A DNA stretch of 64,000 nt, from contig CAYUQB010000001.1 of assembly GCA_964446735.1 (NCBI GenBank), positions 27,892 through 91,891 on the forward strand. Reading direction: 5' to 3'. Made by a program: the position numbers and the translations under genes. This DNA comes from an uncultured Candidatus Saccharibacteria bacterium (lineage in GTDB: Bacteria; Patescibacteriota; Minisyncoccia; Phycocordibacterales; Phycocordibacteraceae). The notes under the pieces are model-generated. The model was not told where the DNA came from. It saw only the letters and a program-made list of their open reading frames with translations, and did not search any database. Every line of letters starts with the position of its first letter. Position 1 is the first letter of the stretch. Shown here piece by piece: positions 10,257-20,012 of the stretch.

Positions 10257-10469
10257 ATGTTTGCCAAGTTCCATCTTTCAAGGAAGGATCTCCTGCTCGC
10301 GTTTGTCCTCTTCTGTGCCGGTCTCGCTGCCTCATGGATTTACTATCACCAGCACCGGATTCAGAACATAGAATTCATCAGCTCAAAGCCCAAGGCAGGC
10401 CCGAATCCCATCCGGCTCTGCGACAATACCTGGTATATGACCACCGTTCGGTGCATCCAGAAGACCTAG
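10257..10469 (+). CDS. hypothetical small membrane protein
   Basis: MFAKFHL start preceded by GAGGAAAgtgcc; one TM helix (LLLAFVLFCAGLAASWIYY). Confidence 0.35.
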   Translation: MFAKFHLSRKDLLLAFVLFCAGLAASWIYYHQHRIQNIEFISSKPKAGPNPIRLCDNTWYMTTVRCIQKT

Positions 10470-10501
10470 CGTCCATAGCTTCTCCCGCATCCATTGCGAA
10501 G

Positions 10502-10535
10502 CCGTCCGGGAACCCGGGCGGCCTTGCTTTTTAGG
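10502..10535 (+). terminator. rho-independent terminator upstream of rplU
   Basis: GCCGTCCGGG-aa-CCCGGGCGGC stem followed by CTTGCTTTTT. Confidence 0.6.
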
Positions 10536-10561
10536 GCCTAGACCCTTAGGATAGGGAAACT

Positions 10562-10894
10562 ATGGAATTGGCTGTCATAAAGACAGGTGGTAAGCAGTAC
10601 GTCGTCTCCCCAGGCGACCTTGTTACCATTGAGAAGCTGGGCGCCCGCTCCAAGACCCAGGAGCTCAAACGGGGCGACACGGTCACCTTCGAGGAGGTGC
10701 TCATGACCGACGATGGTTCAACCGCAAATATCGGTACTCCCCTCGTAAAAGGCGCTAAGGTAATTGCCACCGTACACTCAGTCGGTCGCGCACCGAAAGT
10801 AGAGGTTGTGAAGTACAAAGCAAAGAGCCGCTACCTCAAGCGCCGCGGACATCGCCAGCCGTACGTGAAAGTGAAGATCGATACGATCGCCTAA
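10562..10894 (+). CDS. rplU: 50S ribosomal protein L21
   Basis: 110 aa; MELAVIKTGGKQYVVSPGD...; canonical L21. Confidence 0.9.
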   Translation: MELAVIKTGGKQYVVSPGDLVTIEKLGARSKTQELKRGDTVTFEEVLMTDDGSTANIGTPLVKGAKVIATVHSVGRAPKVEVVKYKAKSRYLKRRGHRQPYVKVKIDTIA

Positions 10895-10899
10895 AGAAT

Positions 10900-10922
10900 C
10901 CCGCCGACCGGCGGGTTCTTTC
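10900..10922. terminator. bidirectional terminator between rplU and recR
   Basis: CCCGCC-gacc-GGCGGG followed by TTCTTT; convergent gene ends on both sides. Confidence 0.55.
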
Positions 10923-10923
10923 G

Positions 10924-11529
10924 TTAGGTATCTTTTCGATTCTGAAGCGCACTTGAGAGCGTTTGTGCGTCCGAATATTCCAGCTCACTACCCGTTGCAA
11001 GCCCTCGTCCGAGTTGGGTAAGTCGTAGCGCACCACGCAAAGGAGAGAGAAGTTCACGTACCCGGTCAGCGGTGTGCTCTCCTTCATTGGTTGCCGAAAG
11101 GGCGAGCACAATTTCAGCCAGACCTGTTTTTGCACGCTTCTCAACAATACGGACTAGATCCCGCTCACGTATTGTGCCTTTTCCGGTGAGGGTAAGTATG
11201 CCGCCGAGCACGAAGTACCGGCCTTTGTATGCATTCGCCCGCTCAACAGCGGCAAGGTCTTGGTCCTTCTCGACGATCATAAGAACCGTATCGTCTCGAG
11301 AGGGATCTGCGCAGTAATTACAGAGGCTGTCTCGATTCGTTGGCGCAAACCGCATGCAGAGTGTGCACTGACGGACATCAGAACCGAGCGTCGTAATGAG
11401 AGCAGCAAGTCGAGCCCGCTCGGAGGTGGGTGTTGCAAGGAGGTGGTACACAAAACGCTTGGCCTGCCGCGGCCCGATGCCCGGGAAGCGCGCAAAGGCA
11501 TTAGCAAGTTCCTCAATACGGTCCTGCAT
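10924..11529 (-). CDS. recR: recombination protein RecR
   Basis: 201 aa; HhH N-terminus, C4 zinc finger (CTLCMRFAPTNRDSLCNYC), Toprim region. Confidence 0.9.
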   Translation of the reverse strand: MQDRIEELANAFARFPGIGPRQAKRFVYHLLATPTSERARLAALITTLGSDVRQCTLCMRFAPTNRDSLCNYCADPSRDDTVLMIVEKDQDLAAVERANAYKGRYFVLGGILTLTGKGTIRERDLVRIVEKRAKTGLAEIVLALSATNEGEHTADRVRELLSPLRGALRLTQLGRGLATGSELEYSDAQTLSSALQNRKDT

Positions 11530-11531
11530 GG

Positions 11532-12893
11532 TTAAAATTCACTCGCCAGTTCCCCGTATCCGCTCTTATCAACCGGAAGGAAGGAAGTCCGTTTCTCGTC
11601 GAAATAGAGATCAATCTTTCCGGTGGGACCATTGCGATGCTTTTCAATGAGAATCTCGGCAATGTTCGGACGATCGCTATCTGGGTTCCGTTTATCATCA
11701 CGATGAATGAACATCACGACGTCCGCATCTTGTTCGATCGAGCCCGAATCACGAAGATCTGAAAGACGAGGTTTCCCTCCGCGTTGCTCCACGGCGCGGG
11801 AGAGCTGCGAGAGTGCCAAGACCGGCACTTCAAGTTCACGGGCAAGCCCCTTAAGTGAGCGCGAGATCTCGGTGACTTGCTGCACCATGGAATCAGAGGC
11901 TCGAGTGTTCGTGGGTGCCATGAGCTGGAGGTAGTCGACGATGATGAGACCGATACCGCGTTCGCGTTTGAGACGTCGAGCCACCGCGCGCATGGAGAGA
12001 ATGTTTTGTGCCGGCTTATCATCTATATAGATCGGTGCACGGGAAAGATTCTCAAGCGCGTCGCGAATCTTCGCGAAATCATCTTCATCTCGAATGGCAC
12101 CGGTGCGCATCTTCCACGAGTTCACGTATGACTCAGCCGAGAGCATACGGTCCACCAGCTGCTCGGTGCTCATTTCAAGCGAGAAGATACCAACCGGAAC
12201 ACCACCACGTACTGCAGCATTTCGTGCGATATCGAGCGCAAGCGAGGTCTTACCCATAGACGGGCGCGCTGCAAGAATGATGAGGTCTGATTTATGGAGA
12301 CCCGAGAGCATGCCGTCGAGGTCAGCAAACCCAGTTGAGATGCCACGTATGGCATTTTGATTCTTGGAGAGGTTCTCGAGACGATCCCATGCGTCGTGCA
12401 CCTTGTCTGAAATCGGTGTGAACTTATGCGATGCCGATGCGTTCCCGATTGCCATGATTTTCTTTTCAGCATCATCAAGGAGCACGGCAACTTCACTCCC
12501 TTCCTCGTACGCCGCTTCAGTGATTTCGTATGACGCATCGATGAGCTCACGCATGATGTGCTTGCGCGAGACAAGATCGGCATAGTGGGCGTAATTGCCT
12601 GGGGCAGGAGCACTTCCGGCAAGCTCTGCAAGATACGCGCGACCACCCGCACGCTCCAAGGTGCCATTTGCCGTGAGCCGCTCAGAAAGAGTCAGTATGT
12701 CGATAGGCTCGCCACGCTCGGAAAGGTCCCGCATCGCTTCGAAGATGATGCGATGTTTTTCTGCGTAGAACGAACCAGGTTTGATGGTGTCCGCGATGTC
12801 GTGGATCGCGTCGGGCTTAAGGAGAAGTGCGCCAAGAAGAGCGCGCTCGGAATCGAGACTCTGCGGGGGAACGCGTACTGCCGGGTCGGCCAT
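11532..12893 (-). CDS. dnaB: replicative DNA helicase DnaB
   Basis: 453 aa; N-terminal DnaB domain (ERALLGALLL), Walker A GARPSMGKTSLAL, Walker B IIVDYLQLM. Confidence 0.9.
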   Translation of the reverse strand: MADPAVRVPPQSLDSERALLGALLLKPDAIHDIADTIKPGSFYAEKHRIIFEAMRDLSERGEPIDILTLSERLTANGTLERAGGRAYLAELAGSAPAPGNYAHYADLVSRKHIMRELIDASYEITEAAYEEGSEVAVLLDDAEKKIMAIGNASASHKFTPISDKVHDAWDRLENLSKNQNAIRGISTGFADLDGMLSGLHKSDLIILAARPSMGKTSLALDIARNAAVRGGVPVGIFSLEMSTEQLVDRMLSAESYVNSWKMRTGAIRDEDDFAKIRDALENLSRAPIYIDDKPAQNILSMRAVARRLKRERGIGLIIVDYLQLMAPTNTRASDSMVQQVTEISRSLKGLARELEVPVLALSQLSRAVEQRGGKPRLSDLRDSGSIEQDADVVMFIHRDDKRNPDSDRPNIAEILIEKHRNGPTGKIDLYFDEKRTSFLPVDKSGYGELASEF

Positions 12894-12907
12894 TGTCGTT
12901 CATTGTA

Positions 12908-14353
12908 TCAATGGGGCAGCGGGGTGACTACCGTTCCGGTAGCAGTGTCATCCACACGATATCCCCGGAATTCAAGTTCGTCCCGAAGTTCATCGGAAAC
13001 CTTGAAATCCTTTATTCTACGAGCCTCCTCTCGTCTGGCCATGAGCTCTTGGATATCACTGGGTAGGTCTTCTGGTGCAATGGGACCCTCAACGTCCGGT
13101 GGGGTAAGCAACAACAGTCCAAGAACGGCATCGGCTGCCTTGAGCACCCCAAGCTTCTGAGAGGCGGAGAGTTCGTCACTCCGTACGGTTTCCCAGAGGA
13201 GTGCAAGGGCAGCAGAGGTTGCCAGATCATCACGTAAAAGCGCAACGATGCGTCGCTCCGTATCGGAGGTCACCACCTTACCCTTCGCCTCGTCAGTAAT
13301 TTCACGAGCCAATCGCCAGAGGCGCGAAAGTGCCTCATCAGCTGCAGCAATGGCATCCCAGCTAAAAGAGATTGGCGTGCGGAAGCTTGCCTGGTAGTAG
13401 AAATAGCGAAGTGAAAGTGGATGGAATCCCTCGGCAACGATATCTGAAAGCAAAATCTCATTACCGAGTGACTTTGCTATCTTCTCGCCTTCGATAGTAA
13501 TGAACGCCTCGTGGAGCCAGTAATGTGCCAGCGGTTTACCACTCACTGCTTCAGACTGCGCGATCTCGTTATTGTGATGAACCGGAATATGGTCCATTCC
13601 TCCCGTATGGATATCGATTTCCGGTCCTAGAAGTGTTCGAATCATTGCCGAGCACTCAATATGCCAGCCAGGATTTCCTGGACCCCAGGGAGAATCCCAT
13701 TTCTGAAGATCGTTCGCTTTTGCGGTCCTCCAGAGTGCGAAGTCATGGAGATTCCGTTTGCCACCATCCATCTTTACTCGTGCCCCACCCATAAGCTTTA
13801 CTTCGGCGACACCCCCGAGTTTGCCGTAGTCCGGATACTTGCTGGTATCGAAGTACACGCCGTCCTTGGTGCGGTACGTAAACCCCTTTTCCTCAAGCGC
13901 TTGAATCATTGCGATTTGCTCCTTGATGTATTCGGTGGCACGTGGGAAGAGAATATGGGCGGTGTCGACGTTCAGTAATTTGAGGTCCTCCAAATAGTGG
14001 TTGGTGTAGCGGGTCGCTATTTCTTCGGGAGACAACGATTCACGTGCTGCGCCCACCGCCATCTTGTCTTCGCCCTCGTCACCGTCACCCACCAAATGAC
14101 CAACATCAGTGATGTTTATCACTCGTCGGACATGGAAGTCCGCTGCCATAAGCACCCGGGCGATCGTGTCTGCAAAGAGTGCGGCACGCAAGTTCCCAAT
14201 ATGCTGCGGACCATAGACGGTGGGACCGCAAGAGTAGAGGGTTGCGATACCTGGTTTCAGCGGCACGAAGACCTCCTTCTTGCCGGAGAGGGTATTCGTA
14301 AAGAAAATGGGAGCGGCGCTCTCTAGAGCCTTCGCCTTACGAAACGGCCACAT
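12908..14353 (-). CDS. cysS: cysteinyl-tRNA synthetase
   Basis: Class I HIGH (GPTVYGPQHIGN) and KMSKS (KIAKSLGN) motifs; Zn-binding Cys; the listed ORF 12908..14407 has an N-terminal extension, and the likely start is MWPFRK. Confidence 0.9.
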   Translation of the reverse strand: MWPFRKAKALESAAPIFFTNTLSGKKEVFVPLKPGIATLYSCGPTVYGPQHIGNLRAALFADTIARVLMAADFHVRRVINITDVGHLVGDGDEGEDKMAVGAARESLSPEEIATRYTNHYLEDLKLLNVDTAHILFPRATEYIKEQIAMIQALEEKGFTYRTKDGVYFDTSKYPDYGKLGGVAEVKLMGGARVKMDGGKRNLHDFALWRTAKANDLQKWDSPWGPGNPGWHIECSAMIRTLLGPEIDIHTGGMDHIPVHHNNEIAQSEAVSGKPLAHYWLHEAFITIEGEKIAKSLGNEILLSDIVAEGFHPLSLRYFYYQASFRTPISFSWDAIAAADEALSRLWRLAREITDEAKGKVVTSDTERRIVALLRDDLATSAALALLWETVRSDELSASQKLGVLKAADAVLGLLLLTPPDVEGPIAPEDLPSDIQELMARREEARRIKDFKVSDELRDELEFRGYRVDDTATGTVVTPLPH

Positions 14354-14369
14354 AGAGCTATGGTAGCAC

Positions 14370-15287
14370 TTACAACCACTTTTTAATCTTGAAGAACAAG
14401 TACACACTCAGTGTGGTGAGAAACCCAATGCTCGTGATGATCCAGAACTCGAATGGGTCGCCATCAAATGGCTGCGATTCAACATTCATACCAAAGAGGG
14501 AAGCGACCACCGTTACGGGAAGACCGAGGAAGGCCAATACCGTGATCCGCTTCATGATCTCGTTCTGAGCTGCGTTGAGCAGTGAGTCATTGGTCGCGCG
14601 TAGTTCGCTCGCTGCCGCACGATACGAACGCACCAGATCAGCAACATGATCCCGCTCACCCTCAATGTGTGCAGCGTGTTTTTTAAAACCAACGCCAAAA
14701 AATGCTGGGGTCGCAAGACTCGCTAGGAACGCAGTGAGGGGCTCTTCATGTCGCGCGAGCGTAGTCTGAAACCGCAGGAGTACCCGTCCAATGTTTGAGA
14801 TGGCATGTACGGTGGCACGCTCCTTTCCGGAGAACATATCAGCCTCAATTCGATCGAGGGTACGGGCTGCACGTTCCATTTCTTCTCGTATGGCACCATA
14901 CATGCGACGAAGCAGACGCTCCAAGAGTTCATCCGCACGGGTAGCGGCATGGGGGAGGCCGAGGAGTTCTTCTGCCTCAAACACTCGATGTAGGTTATGC
15001 AGCGTTTCTATAACCTCATATCGTGCGGTGATGATGAAGTTCTTTCCTACAATAAAATCCACTTCTTGAATGCGCGTGCCGCTTTCAGGGTCAGTGGTAG
15101 GGAAGTGGAGAATGAGGTAGTGGTATTTCGGAAAGGAAATGGAAAGTGGATAGGGGGTCGGAGCGATAATTTCCTCCTCAATGCGTTCGTCGATGCCGAA
15201 TTCTCGCATGACAGTTGAGAGCTCTTCATGCGAAGGGCTTTCAAGATCGATCCACGTAATTTTTCCGCGCACATGCCGCGTCACCAT
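14370..15287 (-). CDS. corA: magnesium/cobalt transporter CorA
   Basis: 305 aa; two C-terminal TM helices with the GMN signature (LFGMNVES). Confidence 0.85.
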   Translation of the reverse strand: MVTRHVRGKITWIDLESPSHEELSTVMREFGIDERIEEEIIAPTPYPLSISFPKYHYLILHFPTTDPESGTRIQEVDFIVGKNFIITARYEVIETLHNLHRVFEAEELLGLPHAATRADELLERLLRRMYGAIREEMERAARTLDRIEADMFSGKERATVHAISNIGRVLLRFQTTLARHEEPLTAFLASLATPAFFGVGFKKHAAHIEGERDHVADLVRSYRAAASELRATNDSLLNAAQNEIMKRITVLAFLGLPVTVVASLFGMNVESQPFDGDPFEFWIITSIGFLTTLSVYLFFKIKKWL

Positions 15288-15373
15288 TACTCAGTAGTAT
15301 ACCGAAGCGAATACCGTCCGCGTACGCAAAACCTTCATGGAAGGGGATAGATAGTGCGTGATATAGTCCTTGC

Positions 15374-16639
15374 ATGGAAGATGACTTTTCCGCTCCGTCA
15401 TCACACTCACTCGCACGCACGGTCTGGCTCGGTGCTGCGTTTGCGCTCGTACTTGCACTCGGCTTTGTCGGAGGACTCACTGCGCACGATGCACTAGGTA
15501 AGACGAGTGTTCTCTCTCAGATCCCGCTTCTTGGAGATGGGCTTGATGCTACTCCCGCAGAGGACGCGAGCCTCGACAACTTCTGGAAGGTTTGGAATGA
15601 GCTTGATGAGCGCTTTGTGCAAACGCATGGTTCCTCGACCATCCCGAGCGCACAGGATAAGGTCTGGGGTGCTATTCAAGGTCTCGCCGCCTCGTATGGT
15701 GACCCGTACACGGTCTTCTTCCCCCCAGAGGAGGCAAAGATCTTCAACGAGGAGGTGACGGGCAACTTTGGTGGTATTGGGGCTGAGATAGGTAAGAACA
15801 AAGACAACGTACTTACGATCATTGCACCGCTCAAAGATTCCCCAGCAGAGCGCGCGGGGCTGCGCGCTGGCGATCTGATCATTGCCATCGATGGTAAATC
15901 AACCGAAGGGCTTTCAGTGGATCAAGCTATTAAAAAGATACGAGGTCAGAAAGGAACTACCGTGACGCTCACGCTCGTGCGTGAACAGAAGACCGAAGAA
16001 ATCACTATCACCCGTGCCACCATTCAAGTTCCAACCATCGAACATTCATACGATCCGAAAACGGGTATCTATTACGTTGCGCTCTATCAATTCACCGAAT
16101 CATCGAATTCACAGTTCAACAAAGCGGTCAAAGCGTTCCAAGCATCTGGCTCAAAGAAGCTCATCGTTGATCTTCGTGGCAATCCCGGCGGCTATCTCGA
16201 TCAGTCGACACGGATTGCTGGCTACTTCCTCCCGAAAGGTGCAACCGTGGTAACCGAAGACTATCAAGGGAAGCAGGAGAACATCGTGCACCGCAGTCCT
16301 GGTCAAGGTGGCATACCAGCAGGAACAAAGATCGTAGTACTCATCGATCAGGGCTCTGCATCAGCAAGCGAGATCCTTGCAGGGGCTCTTCAAGATGCGC
16401 AGGCAGCAACCCTTATTGGTACGCGCTCCTTCGGAAAGGGATCAGTCCAGGAACTCGTAGATATAAAAGGAGGATCTCTAAAAATTACCGTTGCAAGGTG
16501 GCTTACTCCTTCGGGTCGTTCAATCTCTGATGGAGGACTCACCCCTGACATCAAGGTCACGCGTACCCCAGAAGACTACACGGCAGAAAAGGACCCCCAG
16601 AAAGACCGCGCTATCGAGTTTCTGACGAGCGGGAAATAA
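15374..16639 (+). CDS. ctpA: carboxy-terminal processing protease (S41 family, PDZ domain)
   Basis: 421 aa; N-terminal TM; PDZ region (GLRAGDLIIAIDG); S41 catalytic region (VVLIDQGSASASEILAGALQD; Ser/Lys dyad context). Confidence 0.85.
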   Translation: MEDDFSAPSSHSLARTVWLGAAFALVLALGFVGGLTAHDALGKTSVLSQIPLLGDGLDATPAEDASLDNFWKVWNELDERFVQTHGSSTIPSAQDKVWGAIQGLAASYGDPYTVFFPPEEAKIFNEEVTGNFGGIGAEIGKNKDNVLTIIAPLKDSPAERAGLRAGDLIIAIDGKSTEGLSVDQAIKKIRGQKGTTVTLTLVREQKTEEITITRATIQVPTIEHSYDPKTGIYYVALYQFTESSNSQFNKAVKAFQASGSKKLIVDLRGNPGGYLDQSTRIAGYFLPKGATVVTEDYQGKQENIVHRSPGQGGIPAGTKIVVLIDQGSASASEILAGALQDAQAATLIGTRSFGKGSVQELVDIKGGSLKITVARWLTPSGRSISDGGLTPDIKVTRTPEDYTAEKDPQKDRAIEFLTSGK

Positions 16640-16641
16640 CC

Positions 16642-16675
16642 AACGCCGCCCTCGTTGCCTTAGGCGGCGTTGTCT
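16642..16675. terminator. bidirectional terminator after ctpA
   Basis: AACGCCGCC-ctcgttgcctta-GGCGGCGTT, a 9-bp stem. Confidence 0.5.
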
Positions 16676-16692
16676 AGAGAACTGGTGACTGG

Positions 16693-17283
16693 CTAGGCCA
16701 GTCGGTCGATGACCCGGGTGAGGTCGTGCTTCTGCCAGCGAGCCTCACCGATCGCGCGCGTGACGACTGGTCCAGAGAAGATGGCGCCGGCGAGGAGCAA
16801 AGTTACGATCTTGAGGCCACTAACGACCGCATCACGAGAAAGTGTTCCATCGCCACCCAGAACCAGCATGACCACGATGACCAGGAAGCCGAGTACGACC
16901 GAGCCGAAGTTCCAGTCGAACGACGCTTTGAAGCGCATCGAATCGTGCCAGGCAGGCCCGGCGACTTCCTTGAGACGTCGCTTGAAGGCGGGATAGTCGG
17001 CGGTTGTATAGACGGCGATCGCCGGTTTGTCGCCGTACCAGTGGTCGGTCCAGCTACCCACGAAGTAGAACTCGTGATCGTACTTGGAGACGAGCACGTT
17101 CATCGTCATCTGTTGTTTGGTGAGAGGTATTCCCCACACCTGCAGCTTGTGCCCGTTACGAAGACGTTCTCCCGCCTCTGTCCAGATCGCAGCATCGGTG
17201 CAGGCCAGGATGTCGGCTTGGCGGCTGACTGCCACCTTGGTGAGCACCTGGTAGGTATCATCGCTAATATAAATGGGGGTCAT
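16693..17283 (-). CDS. hypothetical protein: soluble N-terminal domain plus two C-terminal TM helices (GC-rich orphan)
   Basis: ATG (MTPIYISDD) preceded by GGGAAAcgggcc; about 130-aa soluble domain, then two hydrophobic helices (VVLGFLVIVVMLVLGG / IVTLLLAGAIFSGPVV); about 60% GC, inserted between ctpA and rplI. Confidence 0.5.
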   Translation of the reverse strand: MTPIYISDDTYQVLTKVAVSRQADILACTDAAIWTEAGERLRNGHKLQVWGIPLTKQQMTMNVLVSKYDHEFYFVGSWTDHWYGDKPAIAVYTTADYPAFKRRLKEVAGPAWHDSMRFKASFDWNFGSVVLGFLVIVVMLVLGGDGTLSRDAVVSGLKIVTLLLAGAIFSGPVVTRAIGEARWQKHDLTRVIDRLA

Positions 17284-17405
17284 GGCCCGTTTCCCGGTTT
17301 GAGTGGATTTGTACAACGCACTTCGTAAGCACTGAACACAATAAATGACTGACTGTCAAGCAACTGGTTGCGTGTGTCGCACCAAGCGGTTAGGATGAGT
17401 CCACT

Positions 17406-17831
17406 ATGAAAGTCGTACTACTGAAAGATGTTCGTGATATGGGCCGTGCGCACTCGGTGCATGAAGTATCCGATGGGCACGCCCTCAATTTTCTTATTCC
17501 TCGCAAACTCGCCGTGTTGGCGACGTCGCAGAACCTTAAGCTTGCAGAGACAAAGCAAAAGCAGGTACTAGAGAAGCGCGCTCTTGATCACACGCTCGTT
17601 GCGGAACGTCTCGCCGCACTTGCAGAAGAAAAGATCATGATTACTAAGAAAGCCAACGAGCAGGGTCATCTCTATGACGGTGTAGACGCAGCTGAAATCG
17701 CAGAAGCTGCAGCACTTCCTGAAGATGCCATCAAACTTGAGAAGTCTATTAAGGAGCTGGGTACACACGAGATACCAGTCATGGTAGGGGAGAGCTTCGG
17801 AAAGATTGTTATCGAAATCGTAGCTGAGTAA
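17406..17831 (+). CDS. rplI: 50S ribosomal protein L9
   Basis: 141 aa; MKVVLLKDV...GHALNFLIP N-terminal signature of L9. Confidence 0.9.
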   Translation: MKVVLLKDVRDMGRAHSVHEVSDGHALNFLIPRKLAVLATSQNLKLAETKQKQVLEKRALDHTLVAERLAALAEEKIMITKKANEQGHLYDGVDAAEIAEAAALPEDAIKLEKSIKELGTHEIPVMVGESFGKIVIEIVAE

Positions 17832-17849
17832 TACACGTAAAAGGGGAAA

Positions 17850-17884
17850 GGGGGCGACGCACGATTCGTGCGTCGCCCCCTTTG
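17850..17884 (+). terminator. rho-independent terminator after rplI
   Basis: GGGGGCGACGCACG-att-CGTGCGTCGCCCCC, a 14-bp perfect stem, then TTTG. Confidence 0.7.
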
Positions 17885-17906
17885 CGTGGCAGCCGAGGGT
17901 CGGGTG

Positions 17907-18611
17907 TTATGTCAGGTAGCCGTATTCTGGGTGTTCCAGAATGGTCACCGGTACCGGTCGCACCCGCTCCATTGATCCCGTGCTCCAGCGCGTGGCGAGC
18001 ACAATGAAGCCTGCCAGAAGGGCGAGGAGCGCGACCGGCACGAGCCCGCCACGATCGCCAATGATTGGATAGCTCACACCGACGATGTCGGGAGCTGCGG
18101 GAGCCGTGCTCAACCGCTCTGCAGGCTCGACCGAATCGGGAGCCGTCGTCGGGACATCGCTCGCGCGACCGGTGGTAGCGCTCTGCGCCCCTGGTGTCGC
18201 CGAAAGCCAGGTGCCAGAAGGCGACGCATCAGCGTTCACCTGGAGCGGTGGCTCTTTGAGCTGGGCAGTGTCGACTGGGGGACGGTGCGGGACCAGCGTA
18301 GGCGCTGGTATGTCCGCGGTCTCCGCGAGAACACGCGCAACGGCCGCGTTCCCACTGATGCCTTCTGCCTCGAACTCGGTGAGTCGGGCTTTGCAGTACC
18401 CCCAGAAGGTGCCCGCGGCGCGTACGCCGGGAGGCCACTTCGCAGAGAAGCGCGTGGCCTCTTCGTGGGTCAGGTTCTTCTGGGCGAGGAGCTGGTTGGT
18501 GCAGTCGGCAGTCGTCTGATTCCAGACCCGCGCCTCGGCAGGTGCCGAAACGATGATAGCGAGGAATAGCGTCGCGAGGACGATGCTGAGTGAACGGATG
18601 GAACGTGACAT
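17907..18611 (-). CDS. secreted/membrane-anchored hypothetical protein (paralog 1)
   Basis: Signal peptide (LSIVLATLFLAIIVSAPAEA), a Cys-containing domain (about 70 aa), Pro/Ala/Thr-rich linker, C-terminal TM anchor; about 65% GC; GAGGG SD. Confidence 0.5.
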   Translation of the reverse strand: MSRSIRSLSIVLATLFLAIIVSAPAEARVWNQTTADCTNQLLAQKNLTHEEATRFSAKWPPGVRAAGTFWGYCKARLTEFEAEGISGNAAVARVLAETADIPAPTLVPHRPPVDTAQLKEPPLQVNADASPSGTWLSATPGAQSATTGRASDVPTTAPDSVEPAERLSTAPAAPDIVGVSYPIIGDRGGLVPVALLALLAGFIVLATRWSTGSMERVRPVPVTILEHPEYGYLT

Positions 18612-18699
18612 GTGAAAACCCTCGGCTGGAAACGTTCAGAGCGGTCATCGCTGACCGCTCACTGTCGACACAATGACATTTTTCTTACAAAAATCAAAT

Positions 18700-18734
18700 A
18701 CTGTAAAGAAGGACGGCGCTCCAGGGCGCCGTCA
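18700..18734 (-). terminator. rho-independent terminator after paralog 2
   Basis: On the minus strand, GACGGCGC-cctgga-GCGCCGTC then CTTCTTTAC...TTTTT. Confidence 0.55.
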
Positions 18735-18766
18735 GTTCGAATTCAGCTAGAGGTGCGCGGTCAGAC

Positions 18767-19870
18767 CTACGTCTTGCCGTGTCCTCGAGCTCCGCCCCAT
18801 ATGGCTTGGCGGGGTGCAGCGTAGGCTGGGGCCACGTAGACGGGCACCGTCTGTGCGACGGCCACCGCGTGCTCGGCTTCAGCCGCGTGTCGCTCCCGGT
18901 TCTCGGCCAGGATGCGTCGCAGCCTCTTTTGTTCGTGCGCTGCGGCCTGCTCTGCGGACCACTCCGGAATGACGAGAGTGCTATGCCCGTCGTCGTGGAT
19001 GGTCGGCTGTACTGGCGGCTCTTCTTCGACGCTGTCGTTGGCGGGCTCAGGTTCGACGATCATCTTTGCGCGCGGGATGACCATCATATCGACGATCATG
19101 TACACGACCGCGAGCGCAAACCCGATCACGCCCAGGTAGGGCAGGTAGTAGTGCGTCAGGAACGGCAGGCAGTACTCCGTCAGGACGGTGGTGGCGACGC
19201 CACCAAGGAACCAGACGATGATGCCCAGCATGTCGAACGAGAAGCGCGGATCCACGCGGACGTCCGACTGCGAATTGGTGATGCCGTTGCTTCGACCGAG
19301 GGTATCCTCGGGAGCGGCAGCGGGAGCCGTGCTCGACCGCAGGGTGGGCTCGACCAGAATGGGAGCCGGTTGATGCGGTGGCTTGGCAGCGGGCCGAGCC
19401 GGCACATCGTGCTTCACCGGAGGCGAAGCAGCAGGTTGTGCGGCCGGAAGCCGCGGGAGATCCTTGCGGACCGGGGTCGAAATCAGAACGGCCGAACCGC
19501 GTGCGTGCGTGGCCGGTTCCGAGCGATCTGCCGAGGCCGAAACCACTGCAGGCGTGCCGTTCCGATCAGCCGCGTGCGCGGCCTCCTTCGGGGGCAGGAC
19601 CTGTGCGAGGGCCGCTTCAGGTGAGACGCCCCTGGCTTCTAGGGCCTCGAGCTTTTGTCGACACCCTCCCCAGATACCGCGCCAGTCGCTGACGATGTTG
19701 TGCCAGCCGGCGTTGAGGGCCTGCGGATTGAAGTTCGGATTCTCCTTCTTGCCGACGTCGATCCAGGCATCCTGGCAGATGTCGACGTGGTGGTTGTAGA
19801 TCTTCGCCTCCACCAGGGTGGGGCATGCGAGGAATAGGAACGCCACGAGGGCGAGCAACGAACGTTGCAT
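18767..19870 (-). CDS. secreted/membrane-anchored hypothetical protein (paralog 2)
   Basis: Likely start MQRSLLALVAFLFLA (signal peptide) preceded by GGGAG SD; N-terminal domain homologous to paralog 1 (WGGCRQKLEALEARGVSPEAALAQVL vs WGYCKARLTEFEAEGISGNAAVARVL); Pro-rich linker, TM helix, charged cytoplasmic tail. Confidence 0.5.
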   Translation of the reverse strand: MQRSLLALVAFLFLACPTLVEAKIYNHHVDICQDAWIDVGKKENPNFNPQALNAGWHNIVSDWRGIWGGCRQKLEALEARGVSPEAALAQVLPPKEAAHAADRNGTPAVVSASADRSEPATHARGSAVLISTPVRKDLPRLPAAQPAASPPVKHDVPARPAAKPPHQPAPILVEPTLRSSTAPAAAPEDTLGRSNGITNSQSDVRVDPRFSFDMLGIIVWFLGGVATTVLTEYCLPFLTHYYLPYLGVIGFALAVVYMIVDMMVIPRAKMIVEPEPANDSVEEEPPVQPTIHDDGHSTLVIPEWSAEQAAAHEQKRLRRILAENRERHAAEAEHAVAVAQTVPVYVAPAYAAPRQAIWGGARGHGKT

Positions 19871-20012
19871 GTGAGGTGCTCCCTCTAGCTGAATGTTATA
19901 GAGCAATCGGGCTGTGGGGCCCTTGCCCAGAGTGATATGACCATATTTTTGGGAGTCTTGCAATGTACGCGAGAACGGCGCCTTGTGGGCGCCGTCTGCA
20001 AATCAAGAACAT

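Noticed and set aside
18779-19799. Plus-strand ORFs antisense to the secreted paralog genes (18779..19624, 19383..19799, and similar)
   Set aside because: Typical long antisense ORFs in high-GC DNA: Arg/Gly/Ala-rich, no SD. The minus-strand genes have signal peptides and SDs.
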